64,000 bases of DNA from Podarcis bocagei (taxonomy: Eukaryota). Where the stretch lies: NCBI GenBank assembly GCA_964188305.1, contig OZ076900.1; one strand, given 5' to 3'. Positions 37,111 to 50,077 of the stretch are shown here, one piece after another. The position numbers and the translations under genes were made by a program. Below the pieces are notes generated by a model, which made no database searches, was not told the origin of the DNA, and was given only the letters and a program-made list of their open reading frames with translations. Positions within the stretch are counted from its first letter, which is position 1, and each line of letters opens with the position of its first letter.

Positions 37111-38087
37111 CTAACTAACAACCAGTTAAAGCTCTGTTACACCATGACTTCCCCAGAAAACTGTAGTTTGTTAAGTATGCTGAGAGTTGTTAGGGGGCCC
37201 TCATAAAGCTACAATTCCCAACACTCTTAACAAACTGCAGTTCCTAAGACCTCAGCCCTTTTCCTCCTGAGTACTCCTTGTCTTGTCACCCTAGCAATGT
37301 GGGGGCCACTGCGCTAAAAACTCTTCCTGACCCACAGATGGGGTGCCCTCATGCCAGGTTCAGTGCACACCAGGGCTGCCTCAGGGCATCAGATGTTATT
37401 TTCACAGCCCAAAAAGGCATTAAGCTGCAGCATCTCCCACACTACAAAAGGTAGACTGAGAAAGGGGTCCTGCAGACGGGTAGTATGCCAAAAGGAAAAC
37501 AGGTTTACAGAATGGACCCCCCATTCCCCCAAAAAAGAAAACACTGACTGTGGCTCTGCAAGTGAGATATTCCTGCTAACTTTAGAGAACTGACTCCTTT
37601 GCTGCTCTAATAATATTTAGTTCAGTAGAATCCTAGTTCAGTAGAGTTGGCAGGGGTCACTATGGTCATCTAGTCCAACCCCCTACAATGCAGGAATCTT
37701 TTGCCCAACGTGGGGCTCAAAATTCAACAGAGCACCTGGGATTGCACTTTTTTTCTTATAAATTCCTGCCCACAGCCATCCCTGGGTGGGCTCAAACCAC
37801 CAACCTTAACAGCCAGGCACACTGAACCACTGCGCCACAGAGATATTTCTATTATTCTGTAACACAGGGTTGGCAAAACTGTGGCCCTCCAGATGTTGTT
37901 GGAATGCAACTCATATCCCCCCATATCATTGGTGCTGCTGGCGGGGGTTGAAGGGAGCTGGAACCTAGCAACATCTGAAGGGCCACAGCTTCCTCAACGC
38001 TTTTTAATAAAATCTTCCTGGTGAGCCCTACAACAAAGTGGCAAATCTTTTTCAGACTTCCAGGATTAATGTATCTCAATTCTAGCT

Positions 38088-38220
38088 CAGGGATGGGGAA
38101 GTTGTGGCTCTCCAGATGTTGCCGGACTCCCATCAGCCCCAGTCAGGATGGCCAGTGGCTAGGGCTGATGGGAGTTGCATTCCAGCAACAAATGAAGAGC
38201 CACAGATTTCTTCACCCCTG
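38088..38220. mobile_element. Short palindromic hAT-type MITE; representative of ~10 copies (e.g. 3640-3735, 29272-29410, 37865-37995, 41690-41790, 52200-52320, 61376-61510)
   Basis: caggg...tggc.ctccagatgttg...ctcccatca...tgatgggagt...caaca..tg.ag.gccaca...cccctg inverted structure. Confidence 0.7.
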
Positions 38221-40841
38221 CCAACCATCTCCACAGAGTTTTAGCTAACCTTGCATCACAAGCAAGCAGAGCTAGAACTTAAGCCAATAACCTACTTCAG
38301 AAGCTCACAAATCTGTATGGCATTGAATAAAATAGCTGTATGACAATATGAAAAACAAGTTCACACCATCTAGTTTTGAGAGGTCCCCACCCTCCACCCT
38401 GCGCCAGATGCTTAAATATTTGCTTGCGTAAAATGAAGCCCACTTGCTTACAAAAATTTGAACTATGGAAACATTACAGCAGGAAATGCATTATGATGGA
38501 ACTGAGGAAGATCATGCACCCAAATATTCAGTAGTAATCAAAACATTTAAGGTTGTGTATGTGTGACAGAGAAAGTGTGTGTGTTTTGCAGGGAGCTAAA
38601 ACCAGCGCCCCCAATGTTTCACTTTGTACCTCATCTTTTGGTTAGTTTGCCACAATAGATTTTTAAAACTGTATTAGTATCTGGAATTGATTTTTCTTAA
38701 CACTATACTTACATAAGATAAACATAAAATAAAGTACTACCACCACTCCCGGCATATCGAACAATAAATAATAGATTCCCCTGACAGGACTTTGATGACT
38801 GGGCAAAGCCCAAATGCTTTCAGCCAAAATCATATGGAGCCATAAATCACTCTTTATTTTATAGAATATTTCAAAATGGATCCCTGCTTTCTACCTTGAA
38901 AGTCATTTCATGTGTTATTTATAACTAGAGAAGACTAGAAAAAGAAAAGAGGGGGGAAATGCATGGAACCAGGAAATTTACAGTGACTCTTTTTTTTTTT
39001 TTAAAGAATAACTTCTTTTTCAGAGACAGAAAAAGAGGTGGGAATAGATTGACTCGGGCACAAAGAAAGAGAACCCAAACTCTTTTCAGAAGGGAATGTG
39101 TTTTATCTGATAACTTAACAGATTTGCGGTTTAGTTTTACTGGTTATAATGCTAGGACTCTTGTCCTCATTTCAAGCTGTGGTTCCTGTGCTGGAGAAGA
39201 CGGTCAGATCAGGGTGAAGGGTAGGCGTAACCATGGACAACTGGGGATGGACCCAGAGGAACAGAGCTGGTCATATCATAGTCCCAGAATATTAAGGAGT
39301 CATCAAGGGAGGAGGGCTCTGGGGAGGGATACAGTGGGATGCCTTTTCCATGCCCCGTTCTGTCTCCCTGTCATCTACCTCGGTGCTTCGTGCTCATCTT
39401 GTCAGCGGCTTCAAGGCCAACTTCAACTCCGAATCTGGCTTTACCTCCAGAACTACGAGGGCCTTCCCCCAGCTTACTTTCCCAAGAGGAGCCTGCTGCC
39501 CCATCTGCTCCAGAAGTGTTGCTAATGTCTCTTCTGTCGTCTAGGTCATGGAGAAGCCAGAGTTGGCATGACCAGACAATGCAGGCTCAGCCTTCTCCAA
39601 GGAGTGTTTGCTTGCTTGCCCAGTCCAAGGAACAGCCTGATTTGCAGCACCAAGTTGTGCCTGCCCCATTCCTATATAATGGAATTGCAGGGGGCATGTC
39701 ACTTACTGGATCAACATCTTAGCTTACCTGGCTTTGCATGGAACCTACTGTGTCTTCTAACTCTTGCTTCTTCTTCTTTTTTACTATGTACCAATTTCAG
39801 CAATTAGGAATTTATATGCAGTATTCATATCTACAATCTGAGTTCAAGTTCTTCATTCAGTGAGAACCAGGACACAAGTGTTCCTCTTACACTACTTAAA
39901 TTTCAGCAGTAACACAACAACGAATGCCATCACACATGCTGCCATTCTCTCACCCTTTCCGCATATTACCTCATGATTCACCATATGGTATGGTGAATTC
40001 TACCCAAAATTTCATGAGGGGGTTGTGTGATTTATTAATACCACAAGAAACAAACAATGCTAAAACCAAACAGGGAAAATACAGAATGAAGACAAGTCTT
40101 GCATTTTCAACCTACATCCCTAGAGTTTAAAAGTTTTGCACTCTCAGAATCCAAGCTTAGCTCCCCAATGAGTCCCATCAAACTCTACTTAAAAGGCTGC
40201 ACTTAGGAATTATCTATTTATGTTCCAAAGTCAACTAGTGTTGTGAGCTAGAACAGGAATGGGGAACCTCAAGTCTTAAGGTCCCAGTGCTGCCCCAGGC
40301 CACACACATACACTGAGCCACAACATTCATGAGCCCTGGCTTGCATTCTCCTTGAATTTTTCTGCCTGGCTACAATGCATCCTTAGATCAGAGGGGGGAA
40401 TATGTGAATTTGTAGAAACTAACCTTCTGTACATAGGGAAATTTGCATTCATTGTTTTGCCTGTTTTTGCCTCTGGGTCTGCACACAGCTCCTGAAAGGG
40501 AATGTGGCTCTCAGACTGAGAAAAAAGTTCCCTCTTCCTGAGCTACAATATCTGACAGTAGCATTCAATAGTGAAAAACACAAACACTTTCAGAAGCAGG
40601 CAGCTGGAGCTAATCAGCCCACTGATCACAATATTACCTTGTATTTATGCCATAGGCGACAAGGAACTGAGTGAAGGCAACTGTATGAAATTCCATATAT
40701 AAGAGTGAAAGGGCTGGGAGGGAGGGAAGGAGCAGAACACTACTTCCCTCCTCTGCAACAAACAAGAAACACAGAGGGCAGCCAGGGGGCAGAATTCTCC
40801 ATCCATCCTCTGCCAGTCCCCAGCAAACTAGTGTATACATA

Positions 40842-41081
40842 CAGTGGTACCTTGGTTTACGTTCCAAAAGTCCATTCTTAAACCAAAGAGTTCTTAAACC
40901 AAGGCGTGCTTTCCCATAGCAGCAGGGGCTCAATTTACAAATGGAACACACACGACAAGAAGTGGAACATGTTCTTATTCCAAGGCAAAGTTCACAAACC
41001 AAAACACCTACTTCCGGGTTTGCAGCGTTCTTAATCCAAGTTGTTCATAAACTAAGCTGTTCTTAAACCAAGGTACCACTG
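40842..41081. mobile_element. Tc1/mariner MITE
   Basis: TIR CAGTGGTACCTTGGTTTA, TA TSD. Confidence 0.85.
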
Positions 41082-42137
41082 TATTTCGCAGGCTAGTTAC
41101 TTCTGGCAGCTTATTCACAAGTCTGTACTAATACAAGCATCCTTATTTAAACTGGAGTAACAAGAACTTTGGTGGTACCAATCTACCACCAAGGTAAAGA
41201 GGAGGGCCACATTTCCTAGCAGGCAGTCTTCTGGGGGGCCACATGTCAGTGGTGGGTGGGACAACATATCTGACTCTTATCTTTACGCAATAGGCTACAT
41301 TCCAACTACACAAAAGTCAGAGGCTTCTACATGTACATCTTTCCATATGTAAAGGAGGCATTCCCTGGGGAGAGTTCTGAGGGTCAGAGAGAAAGGCTTG
41401 GAGGTGCCAGACAGAGGCTTCTCATTGGCACTGTTTACTTTCTACCAGGAGCCAAGGACTGGGTAGGAGGCAAAGCTCAACTGTGATGCTGCTATTAGTA
41501 AACAAAGTCCTAAACGACTTGGGGTTATATTTAATGTTCATCATAGAGCAGACACACTGAAATTTATGAACAGGACTAACTTTGGTCCATTAATTTCAAT
41601 GGGTTCACTCCAAGGAAGACTTAACTGGATACAACCAGTGTGGCTGAAGCACCTGAGAAAACGCTGGTCTAATACTAATGTTTTGTCCCAGAGATGAGGA
41701 ACTCGTGGCCCTCCAGATGTTGTTGGACTACAACTCCCATCATCCTTGACCACTGGTCACAGAGGACCGTTTGGAAGGCTGGATTCACTTCCCTAGGCTA
41801 AAGTTCTCCACTGCTGACCTAGGCGAATGGTGGGGTCTCCCCCACAGAAATATTCGGGGAAAGCTAGAGCATCCCCAAATAACAGCTGTCTAGCTTCTGG
41901 ATTTCCTGCACCAAGCAGGGAGCTGGACTAGACGGCATGCAACGTCTCTTCTGTGTCATTTATCTCCCAAATTCATAAAATGGGAAGCATTATGACCAAC
42001 CAACCTACCTACCAACCACACAGGACTATTTGGAAGGTGAGGAAAAGTCTGTTGTGGAACATTATTTTTAAATACATTCAGCATGCAGCAGTTATTTGAT
42101 ACACACAGAGCACAAGTATTAACAGAACGTCTCCATC

Positions 42138-42175
<38 letters not shown>

Positions 42176-43408
42176 TCAATTCATTATGGCATTAGCTTTC
42201 ATGGACTGAATATTGTTGTTGTTACTCATTAATCACCTTCCACATTATGAGGCACAAAAATGTAATAAAAACAGCACCAAAAGATAAAAAAGAAACAATA
42301 CAATGTGGACACCTATAGCAGATACCTATTCATCCAGCTGAGAAAGCTTGTCAGAGCAAAAATGTCTACAATTGTTTCCAGAAAGTGCAGATGGGAGACA
42401 CCTGTCATATCTCAACAGGAATGTCATGCCACAGAACAGGGCAACCACAGTGAAAGCCCTGCTCCATGTTACTGTGGAGTGGGTTTTCAATATCTTTGAA
42501 ACTTGAAAGAGAAGCTCTCCTGAAGACTGCAGTGGCCTACCGGGTACATAAGGGACAATGCATTCGCTCAAGATCCAACAGAGAATCTTAAATGGATAAG
42601 AAGCCAGGGTGAGAGGGAGGAGATTGTTAGGGTCTGATGCACAAGCAGCTGTGATACAGAAGAAAAAGGGGGCCAGGGGAGAAGTGAACACAAGGTGAAG
42701 CTACATCCTTCATACACAACCTCTGGCCATGGTCAGCAAGAGTTAACTGGGATTCATAGAAGCATAAAATTGTTGAGTTGGAAGGCATCAAGAGGGCAAT
42801 CTAGTCCAACCCCCTGCAATGCAGAAATCCTTTTGCCCAATATGGGGCTCAGATCTACAAACTTGAGATTAAGAGTCTCATGTACTACTGGGATTGCCAA
42901 CTTTACTTCTGGCATAACTCCTATGCAATGTCACAACAATCAGAATTTCAGCTGGTAAAGACTTTTCCATCACTTCATCTGCAGGCTAGGAAAAAGCTTC
43001 ACCTGCTTTTGCTCATAACAAGACTTGGAGGCCCTGCAAAAAGGGAGGTTGACAACACTAGCTCGAAATCTTGCTTGTCTGTAGAATGTGTGGGTACATG
43101 GAAGCAAGCAGCTTGTTTTCAGCTGCAGTTTCCTATTTGTAAAGACAACCACAAAAACCCAGATGGTTGGTGGAGGTACCCTGGGTGAGAGGCAGGGAAG
43201 CAAAGAACTCCCAGGGTGAGAGACTGGGAGAAGAAGAAAAAGCTCCAAGTGAGAGCTGGGAGGCTACACCACCTTCTGTGTGAGACAAAGGTTAAGTGTT
43301 GCTTTTGAGGGAAGACTCTGCATTTTCTTTTCTCCGTTTAGGTTTTTATTTAGATTGGTTTCTTTTCCCTTATTGCATCATGAAAAGGATTTTTAAAACC
43401 CTATTTAG

Positions 43409-43445
<37 letters not shown>

Positions 43446-44646
43446 ACAACCAAACCTCAAAAATAATAATTACCTTGTGAAAGTGAACACAAGGACTTCA
43501 TTGCACAACTCATAAGGTGGTGTGCAAATTGTTATTTTTTACTAATAATAATTGTACTGTATTAAACATAGGAATTATACCAAGTAAGAGCTGTTTGACA
43601 GCTAGCAGGTTTGCCTCAAACAATGGCTGTCTTTTGCTGGAGGTGTTTAAGCAGAGGCTGGCTGGCCATTTGTAAGAGATGCTGTAGTTAAATGCCTGCA
43701 TCAAGCAGGGGTTGGACTAGAGACCTCCAAGGTCCCTTCTAATGCCATGATTCTATGACGTGGCCTTAACAACACAGTAAGCCACAGTTTGTCACAAACT
43801 ATGGTTTAATTGTGAGAGTGACTCCCTGTGCGGCTCTACGGCTGCATTTTTATGTTGTGAACTGCCCTGAGATCTGCGAATGAAGGGTGGTATTTAATAA
43901 AATTTATTCATTAAACAAATTTAATAATTTCACAAACAAGCCAATGTCACCTGAACGCTGACCACAAACCAAGGTTTATTCTCAGATACTCCTATCTGAT
44001 TGTTCCTTTGGGATGAAGGGTGGGGCATAAATTGGATAAGTAACAATAATGATATCAAACAGGCAGGAAAGTTGAAGTATTTGAGAAGGCCTATATTTAA
44101 TGAACTGAAAGGGGCTTTCCCTGAATCTACCAAAGCCGATTACATGAGCAGTGGAGCAGACCCCCCTCAGGAGGTGGTGGACTCTCCTTGGAGGTTTTCA
44201 AGCAGAGGTTGGATGGTCATGGAGGCTTTACAGTATTTCAGATTCATGAGCTGCAGAGGGTTGGACTGGATGACCCTCAGAGTTCCTTCAACTCTAAAAT
44301 CCTGTGAATAGGCATTTCTTAAAATAGGTTACTGTGTTTTTAGGAAGATGGGGCTGCAATCCTAACCCCACTTACTTTGGAGCGAGCCTCCACTAGTTGC
44401 CCTTACTTCTGAATAGGCTGCACCATTGGGAAAGGGGCGTGAGGTAGGGAAAAGGCAGGGGGCAACGGAGGGCAGGTAAAATGGGGCCGGGGTCTCCCGT
44501 GTGCGCCTCATTCCTGCTGCCCCAAAGCCCATCGCTCCTCCATACTCACTCCAGCTTCTCACTTCCCAAAGACCGGCCACCCGCCAGCCACGTCTGATTC
44601 CCACGTTACATATACACGCGCGCAACCCTACCCACCCCGCCCTTAC

Positions 44647-44695
44647 CCGTTCCTATGACCACCACATCAAACTCCGAGGGCAGGTTATCCGCCAT
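44647..44695 (-). CDS. CHM: CHM/REP-1 coding exon 1 (MADNLPSEFDVVVIGTG)
   Basis: Reverse complement reads ccaagATGGCGGATAACCTGCCCTCGGAGTTTGATGTGGTGGTCATAGGAACGG|gtaagg. 49 coding nt, REP-1 N-terminus, good Kozak context, inside a CpG-rich island. Confidence 0.96.
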
Positions 44696-44841
44696 CTTGG
44701 GAGGGGGAAAGCGGCCGCTGTCATACGGCAACGCCCCGCCCCTCCGCCCCGCTTGCGTGTCAGCTCCTGGCGGAAGTGAAGCCCCGAGCTAGCTTCGGGC
44801 ACCGGACGCTATGGAGCGGAGGTTGTTGGAGGGGGTGGCGG

Positions 44842-44861
44842 TGCATTGTGGGTGATGTAGT
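44842..44861 (-). promoter_or_regulatory. ZNF143/THAP11 (SBS2-type) motif ACTACATCACCCACAATGCA
   Basis: Close match to the ACTACAnnTCCCAnnATGC composite motif, 147-166 nt upstream of the CHM ATG. Confidence 0.7.
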
Positions 44862-45565
44862 CGTTCGCCTAGGCCTCACGAAACACCTTTTTACCTGGTT
44901 AAAAAAAACCTCTCTCCCAGGTAAAGGAAGGGAGAGAGGGGGGAACTATTATTTTTTAAATGTAAATGTTCATCTGAAGAGCACAGGGAGCTTTACAGTA
45001 TAAAAACAATAACACCCCCCCCCATCAAATGTCATGAATTAATGTGGCGCCTGATACTCTGGCCTCCAAATCCCATCAGCCCCAGCCGGGATGGTCAATG
45101 GGCAGGGATGATGGGAGTTGCAGTCCAGCAACGTCTGGCGGGAACTTTTTTGCATACAGTCCTTACCTATATGCGAACCATCAGTTCGCAGCCCGTGAAA
45201 AAAGCGTGAAGACTGAACCTCTCTTCGGTTAATGTAAACCAAAAACTATGCTGCTCAGTGTCGATTTGCTTGGATGTAATTTTGCTTTGCTTTTTAAAAA
45301 ATGTTTTATCTCAGAGCAACCAGATTTCTGGATTGTCACAAACCACACAACTTTTGTTGACGCTCCTTACCTGCAATGGTATAGGGAAAAATAATATTGC
45401 CAGAAGCAAAGTTCCTTCCTTTCTTTGCCTTCTCCATACATGCATACGTAGACGAAAAAAGTTAATGCCTGTTCAAATCATGGGCTGTTTTATCACCCAT
45501 CACTGCTGTTTCAAAGGGTTGCCAAGTGTATGTTTCGTGTGCATGTCAGTTCTTAACTGAATTTA

Positions 45566-46868
45566 GGGGGAAGCGGGGCAGATTGATACAGAAAAATTCA
45601 CTCCTATTTTATGTAACTGGACTCTGAGTATATTTCAGTAACAAACATGAGTCAAATAATAAAAAATTTGGCTTGACATAACTAATCAATATTATAATAG
45701 CAATCAAAAGAACCATTAAAGTTAGAAGATAATGAGAATATAATTACTTCAGTAAAAAATGGGTTTGTATCAGTCTGCCCCACCTATGGGGCACTTTGAT
45801 ACATTGGAGGGAGACTTTGATACAAAGTGTAAATTGTATGAGAATGGTAGTTATTTGCAAAAAAAATTAATGAAAAACAATTTTTATTGTGAGAGATTAT
45901 ATAATCAACCTTACAATTTGCTACTTAAAATCTAAATTATGTATCAAAACTAACAATGTTTCACATATTTCATAGACTTTATGGCAGGTTTTCTTAACAA
46001 AACATCAAAACTTATATTAATCTTTCCTCAAACACCTATCCATTTTTTTAAAAAAAAACTTTGAAAAACTTAAAAAGTATAAAAACTCACATTAGGTAGT
46101 CACAAAATAGTAATTTAAACAAAAAGCTTATAAAAAAGAAGATAATTACTTGATGTTTAGCTTCTATTGCACATCATATCCACTTAAGTCAATAGAAAAA
46201 GTATAAAGAGATGATGTTCAAGATGTGCCCTTTGGGAAATTTGGTTTTGGCAAAGGCAAAACAACATCCTTGAAATCAACACTTGCCTTATCTTCTACAA
46301 TGGGGAAGACAAACACACAAGATCCTGGGTTTTTCCAGAGGGACTTTGGCCACGTAGTAAACAGTTTTTTTTTCTTTTCAAATTTAATGAGTTGAGAGAT
46401 TTCATACAAACTTGTATATCGGGGCACTATTGTACACTAGCGGGGCACTTTTATATGTATCAATGTGCCTCGTGTCTTAGTGTATCAAAGTGCCCCAATA
46501 GACATTTTCAAAAAAACTAACAATTATTACTAAAATCACCAAACTTATTTAAAAATAATGTGTAATCCTAATTACCTGTACTGAGTGAAATAACTTACCT
46601 TTGGTATTTTTAAATCTTAACTAAACGACGTAAAACAGTGTTGGAACACTTTTACATTTCATTTAATTTTTTTAGTTGGCCATGCTAAAAACACACCTAC
46701 TCTTATCAAACGCCAACAGCTAGCTGGCGGGCAGTGCGGTCGCAACTGTTGTACTCACACCTGTATAGACACATTTTAGTGCTGTCGCGACACGAATAAC
46801 ATTTCTCGATATTGAAATATTGTCAGTGTATTAACGTGCCTCGTGCATCAATGTGCCCCACTCCCCCC
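45566..46868 (-). mobile_element. Non-autonomous pogo/Tc1-like DNA transposon (1.3 kb, internally deleted)
   Basis: 25-bp imperfect TIRs (GGGGGAAGCGGGGCAGATTGATACA vs GGGGGGAGTGGGGCACATTGATGCA), TA on both sides, several internal copies of the gcac.ttgataca motif, AT-rich interior. Confidence 0.8.
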
Positions 46869-47605
46869 TACTGATTTTATTAATTTGTTTCATAAAATTT
46901 ATACACTGCTTGATTATTATTATTATTTTAAAAAAATAATCAACATCAAAGCAGTTTTCAAGAAGATAAAACAAGAATTCAATAAAATCATGCAAAAGTA
47001 AAAATGCCAAAAAGATTAAAATTACTTCAGCTTCCTGAGCATTTAGGTAGGCTTGTGTAACAAAAACATTTTAAGCAGGCACTGAAAAGAGTGCAGTGAA
47101 GATACCCGCTTGATATCAATAGGCAGGGAGTTCCAAAGTGTAGGTGCTGCCACGCCAAACAACTGAGTCTTACAAATTGCCATTATCAGAACTTTTCTGC
47201 AGTTCATTATTGTCTTACTTCACTAGCTCCCCCCCCCACTCAACCCGTCTGTTGTCATTATTATTAAGGTTATTAGTTGCTTCTTTTTTACAAAAACAAT
47301 TCACAGAGACTTGTAAAGGTAAATAAATAACATACATTAAAACCAGCTTAAAGCAAAACAAATAAAAATCGAAAACATTAATATTTTAAAAAAAACAAGA
47401 TCAAAGCACCCGACCCTCTGAAGGAGGCCACAGATAATTAAAAGCTAATGTCCGGGGGGGGGGGAGTTTTTTCTGGGTGCCTAAAGATACCTCTACTTAC
47501 GTTCACCTCTGGTTACGTATCCTTCTGGATACGCACGTGGCAAACCCGGAAGTATTTTTCTGGGTTTTGCTGTGTGCACATGCGCAAAAGCGATGTACCG
47601 CTGCA

Positions 47606-48193
47606 CAGTGGCGTAGCGTGGGGGGTGCCAGGGGTGCCGGCCGCACTGGGCGCAACATTTGGGGGCGCGCGTTTGGCCGGCCCTCCTCGAGAAAGCAGGA
47701 ACCCCACTGTCCTCGGACCTCCTCCGAAAGCTGGCGGTGGGGCGGAGAGACCTCCTCCCACCGCCAGCCTTCGGAAGGCTGCTCCGAAGCCTGGCGGTGC
47801 GGAGAGACCTTCTCCCCGCGCCAGCCTTCGGAAGGCTGCTCCGAAGCCTGGCGGTGGGGCGGAGAGACCTTCTCCCCGTGCCAGCCTTCGGATGGCTGCT
47901 CCGAAGCCTGGCGGTGGGGCGGAGAGACCTTCTCCCCGCACCAGCCTTCGGAAGGCTGCTCCGAAGCCAGGCGGTGGGGCGGAGAGACCTTCTCCCCGCG
48001 CCAGCCTTCGGATGGCTGTCCTGAAGACTTGTGGTGGGAGCAGTGGCGTAGCGTGGGGTGCAGGGGGGGCCTGCCGCACCTGGCACAACATCTGGGGGGC
48101 GCGCGGAAGAGACTCGAGTGCTAAAATCCACGGGTTAGGGGGCGCAAATTACTTGCCTTGCCCATGGTGCTGAGAACCCACGCTACGCCACTG
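47606..48193. mobile_element. GC-rich hAT-type MITE
   Basis: Perfect 17-bp TIR CAGTGGCGTAGCGTGGG; 8-bp TSD ccgctgca/ccgccgca; second copy of the left end at ~48041-48105. Confidence 0.88.
47722..48018. repeat. Minisatellite, 5 x 60 bp (one unit 57 bp), each unit self-complementary
   Basis: Unit ctccgaagcctggcggtggggcggagagaccttctccccgcgccagccttcggaaggctg. Confidence 0.93.
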
Positions 48194-48608
48194 CCGCCGC
48201 ACGCACATGCACAGAAGCATTCCCTCCGGTTGCAGAAACCTCGGGATCCAACCAGAGCTCCAGAACGGATCCCGTCTGCAACCGGAGGTACCACTGCATA
48301 ATGATGGCGCCAAGCGAGCCTCCAGATGGAGAGCATAGGGTTGCCTAGAAAGTTGAAGTAATTTTAATCTGTCTTAATATTTTAACTTTTGTATGTTTTA
48401 AAATATGGTTGTGAATTTTTCCTGATTGTATTGTTTTATCTTTCATAAACGGCTTTAAGGGTTTTTTATTTTAAAAAAATCAAGGTCTGTATAATTTTTT
48501 ATATGGAAATAAATAAATAAATTCCACAGGTGGAGAAATATTCTACTGTGAATGCCAAGTTATATGCACAGATGCAGGTTTTAAACATTCTGTGTTCCAA
48601 TTACTACA

Positions 48609-48866
48609 CAATGGTACCTCGGGTTAAGAACTTAATTCATTCTGGAGGTCCGATCTTAACCTGTAACTGTTGTTAACCTGAAGCACCACTTTAGCTAATG
48701 GGGCCTCCCGCTGCCGCTGCACCGCCGGAGCACGATTTCTGTTCTCATCCTGAAGCAAACTTCTTAACCTGAGGTACTATTTCTGGGTTAGCAGAGTCTG
48801 TAACCTGAAGAGTATGCAACCTGAAGCGTATGTAACCTGAAGCGTATGTAACCCGAGGTACCACTG
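48609..48866. mobile_element. Tc1/mariner MITE (family of 1707-1927, opposite orientation)
   Basis: ca.tggtacctcgggtta ... taacccgaggtaccactg-TA. Confidence 0.85.
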
Positions 48867-49883
48867 TAATTGAAAGAGATACATCTCATCAAAATGGGGA
48901 AGAATGTGTCCAGATAACCTATGCACCTTCTGTTGCTGCTTACGTGCTTAATGAATATAGATGGTCAACTTTAAGGCCTCTGAAGATCTCCCTTTTCAGT
49001 GTTCTTTATCTTTACACTGAACAATAGACTAGACACACCTTCAAGCAAAGGACTCCTTCAAATAGATAAGGCATGTCCAACAGGTCAATCGCAATCTACC
49101 AGTAGATCGCCAGGGTTCTCCAGGTCGATTGCAGGAGTTAAAAAAGAGATTGCCTGGTTGCTCCTGAGCGATTGTGATGCGCCCAAACCCCAGCGCTATG
49201 TCCTATCGGCACCGTTGGCGTTGCTGTTAAAGGTTTTATTCCCTTCGTCTGTGGCAGAGTTGGGGGGAAGAAGAAATGGGTGCGGACTGTAGGGTAGGGT
49301 GAGTGATCTAAAAAAGACTCAACAACTCTGGCTTCCTTCCCTAAAAAAAGCTCAATGACTTTGGGCAATGACAATGGGTAGCACACTGCCAGTTTTATTA
49401 TACTGGGAGTAGATCGCAGTCTCTAAAGAGTTGGACGTGGCTGAAATAGAGGACTATCCTCTGCAAAGTAGGACCCACCACGACCCTACTAGGGAGTATG
49501 CTTAGGATTGCAGTCTTACGCTCCTGACCCCTGTGCTACATCAGCTTTTCTTTACCATTGCATAATGTAATGGTATTCAGAATAGCTAAGCTACAGCGCA
49601 GCAGTAGGAAAAAACACGTGCTTTTCGTGCAAAAGCTTCCAGGTTTGATCCTTAGTGTCTCCTGGTAGGGCTAGGAAACATCCCCTATCCAAGACCCTGG
49701 AGAACTGCTGCCAGTTAGTGCCAACAATAGTGCCAATTAGTGCCAATTAACAGCTGCTGGGAGTCACAAGCGGGGAAAGTGCCATTTGACTCAGATCACA
49801 CTTGAGGGTTTTTTGCATTGGTGGAAAGCTGTGAGAACAGGATGCTGGGATTGGTGGACCTTTGGCCTGATCCAGCAGGACTT

Positions 49884-50077
49884 TGGCAACAGTGGAATTT
49901 GCTGCCAAGGAGTGTGGTGGAGTCTCCTTCTTTGGAGGTCTTTAAGCAGAGGCTTGTCAACCATATGTCAGGAGTGCTCTGATGGTGTTTCCTGCTTGGC
50001 AGGGGGTTGGACTCGATGGCCCTTGTGGTCTCTTCCAACTCTATGATTCTATGATTTTTTTCTATGATTTTCTATGA
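49884..50077 (+). mobile_element. CR1 3' end fragment
   Basis: Near-identical to the reverse complement of 32400-32560; ends in (ttctatga)n. Confidence 0.85.

Larger units (their letters stand above)
44430..44880 (-). promoter_or_regulatory. CHM CpG-island promoter
   Basis: CpG-rich relative to flanks. GC boxes (ccccgcccc, ccgccccg at ~44733-44751), ETS core gcggaagtg (~44770-44778), YY1-type AAGATGGCGG overlapping the ATG, ZNF143-type motif at 44842-44861. Confidence 0.8.
47487..48296. mobile_element. Tc1/mariner MITE (related to 55344-55603) split by a hAT MITE, inside an L2 tail
   Basis: Left end atacctc (truncated TIR), right end gaggtaccactg; shares aacccggaagta and ctccagaacggatcccgt with 55344-55603. 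Confidence 0.7.

Noticed and set aside
38959-39807. Cluster of 64-188 aa ORFs
   Set aside because: No recognisable protein motif; probably a decayed repeat that I cannot classify.
47722-48018. CRISPR-like array of palindromic repeats
   Set aside because: Units are head-to-tail with no unique spacers, there are no cas genes, and the context is eukaryotic.
47448-48173. Five overlapping 121-241 aa ORFs on both strands
   Set aside because: Produced by a GC-rich 60/57-bp tandem repeat inside a MITE; no domain or splice support.
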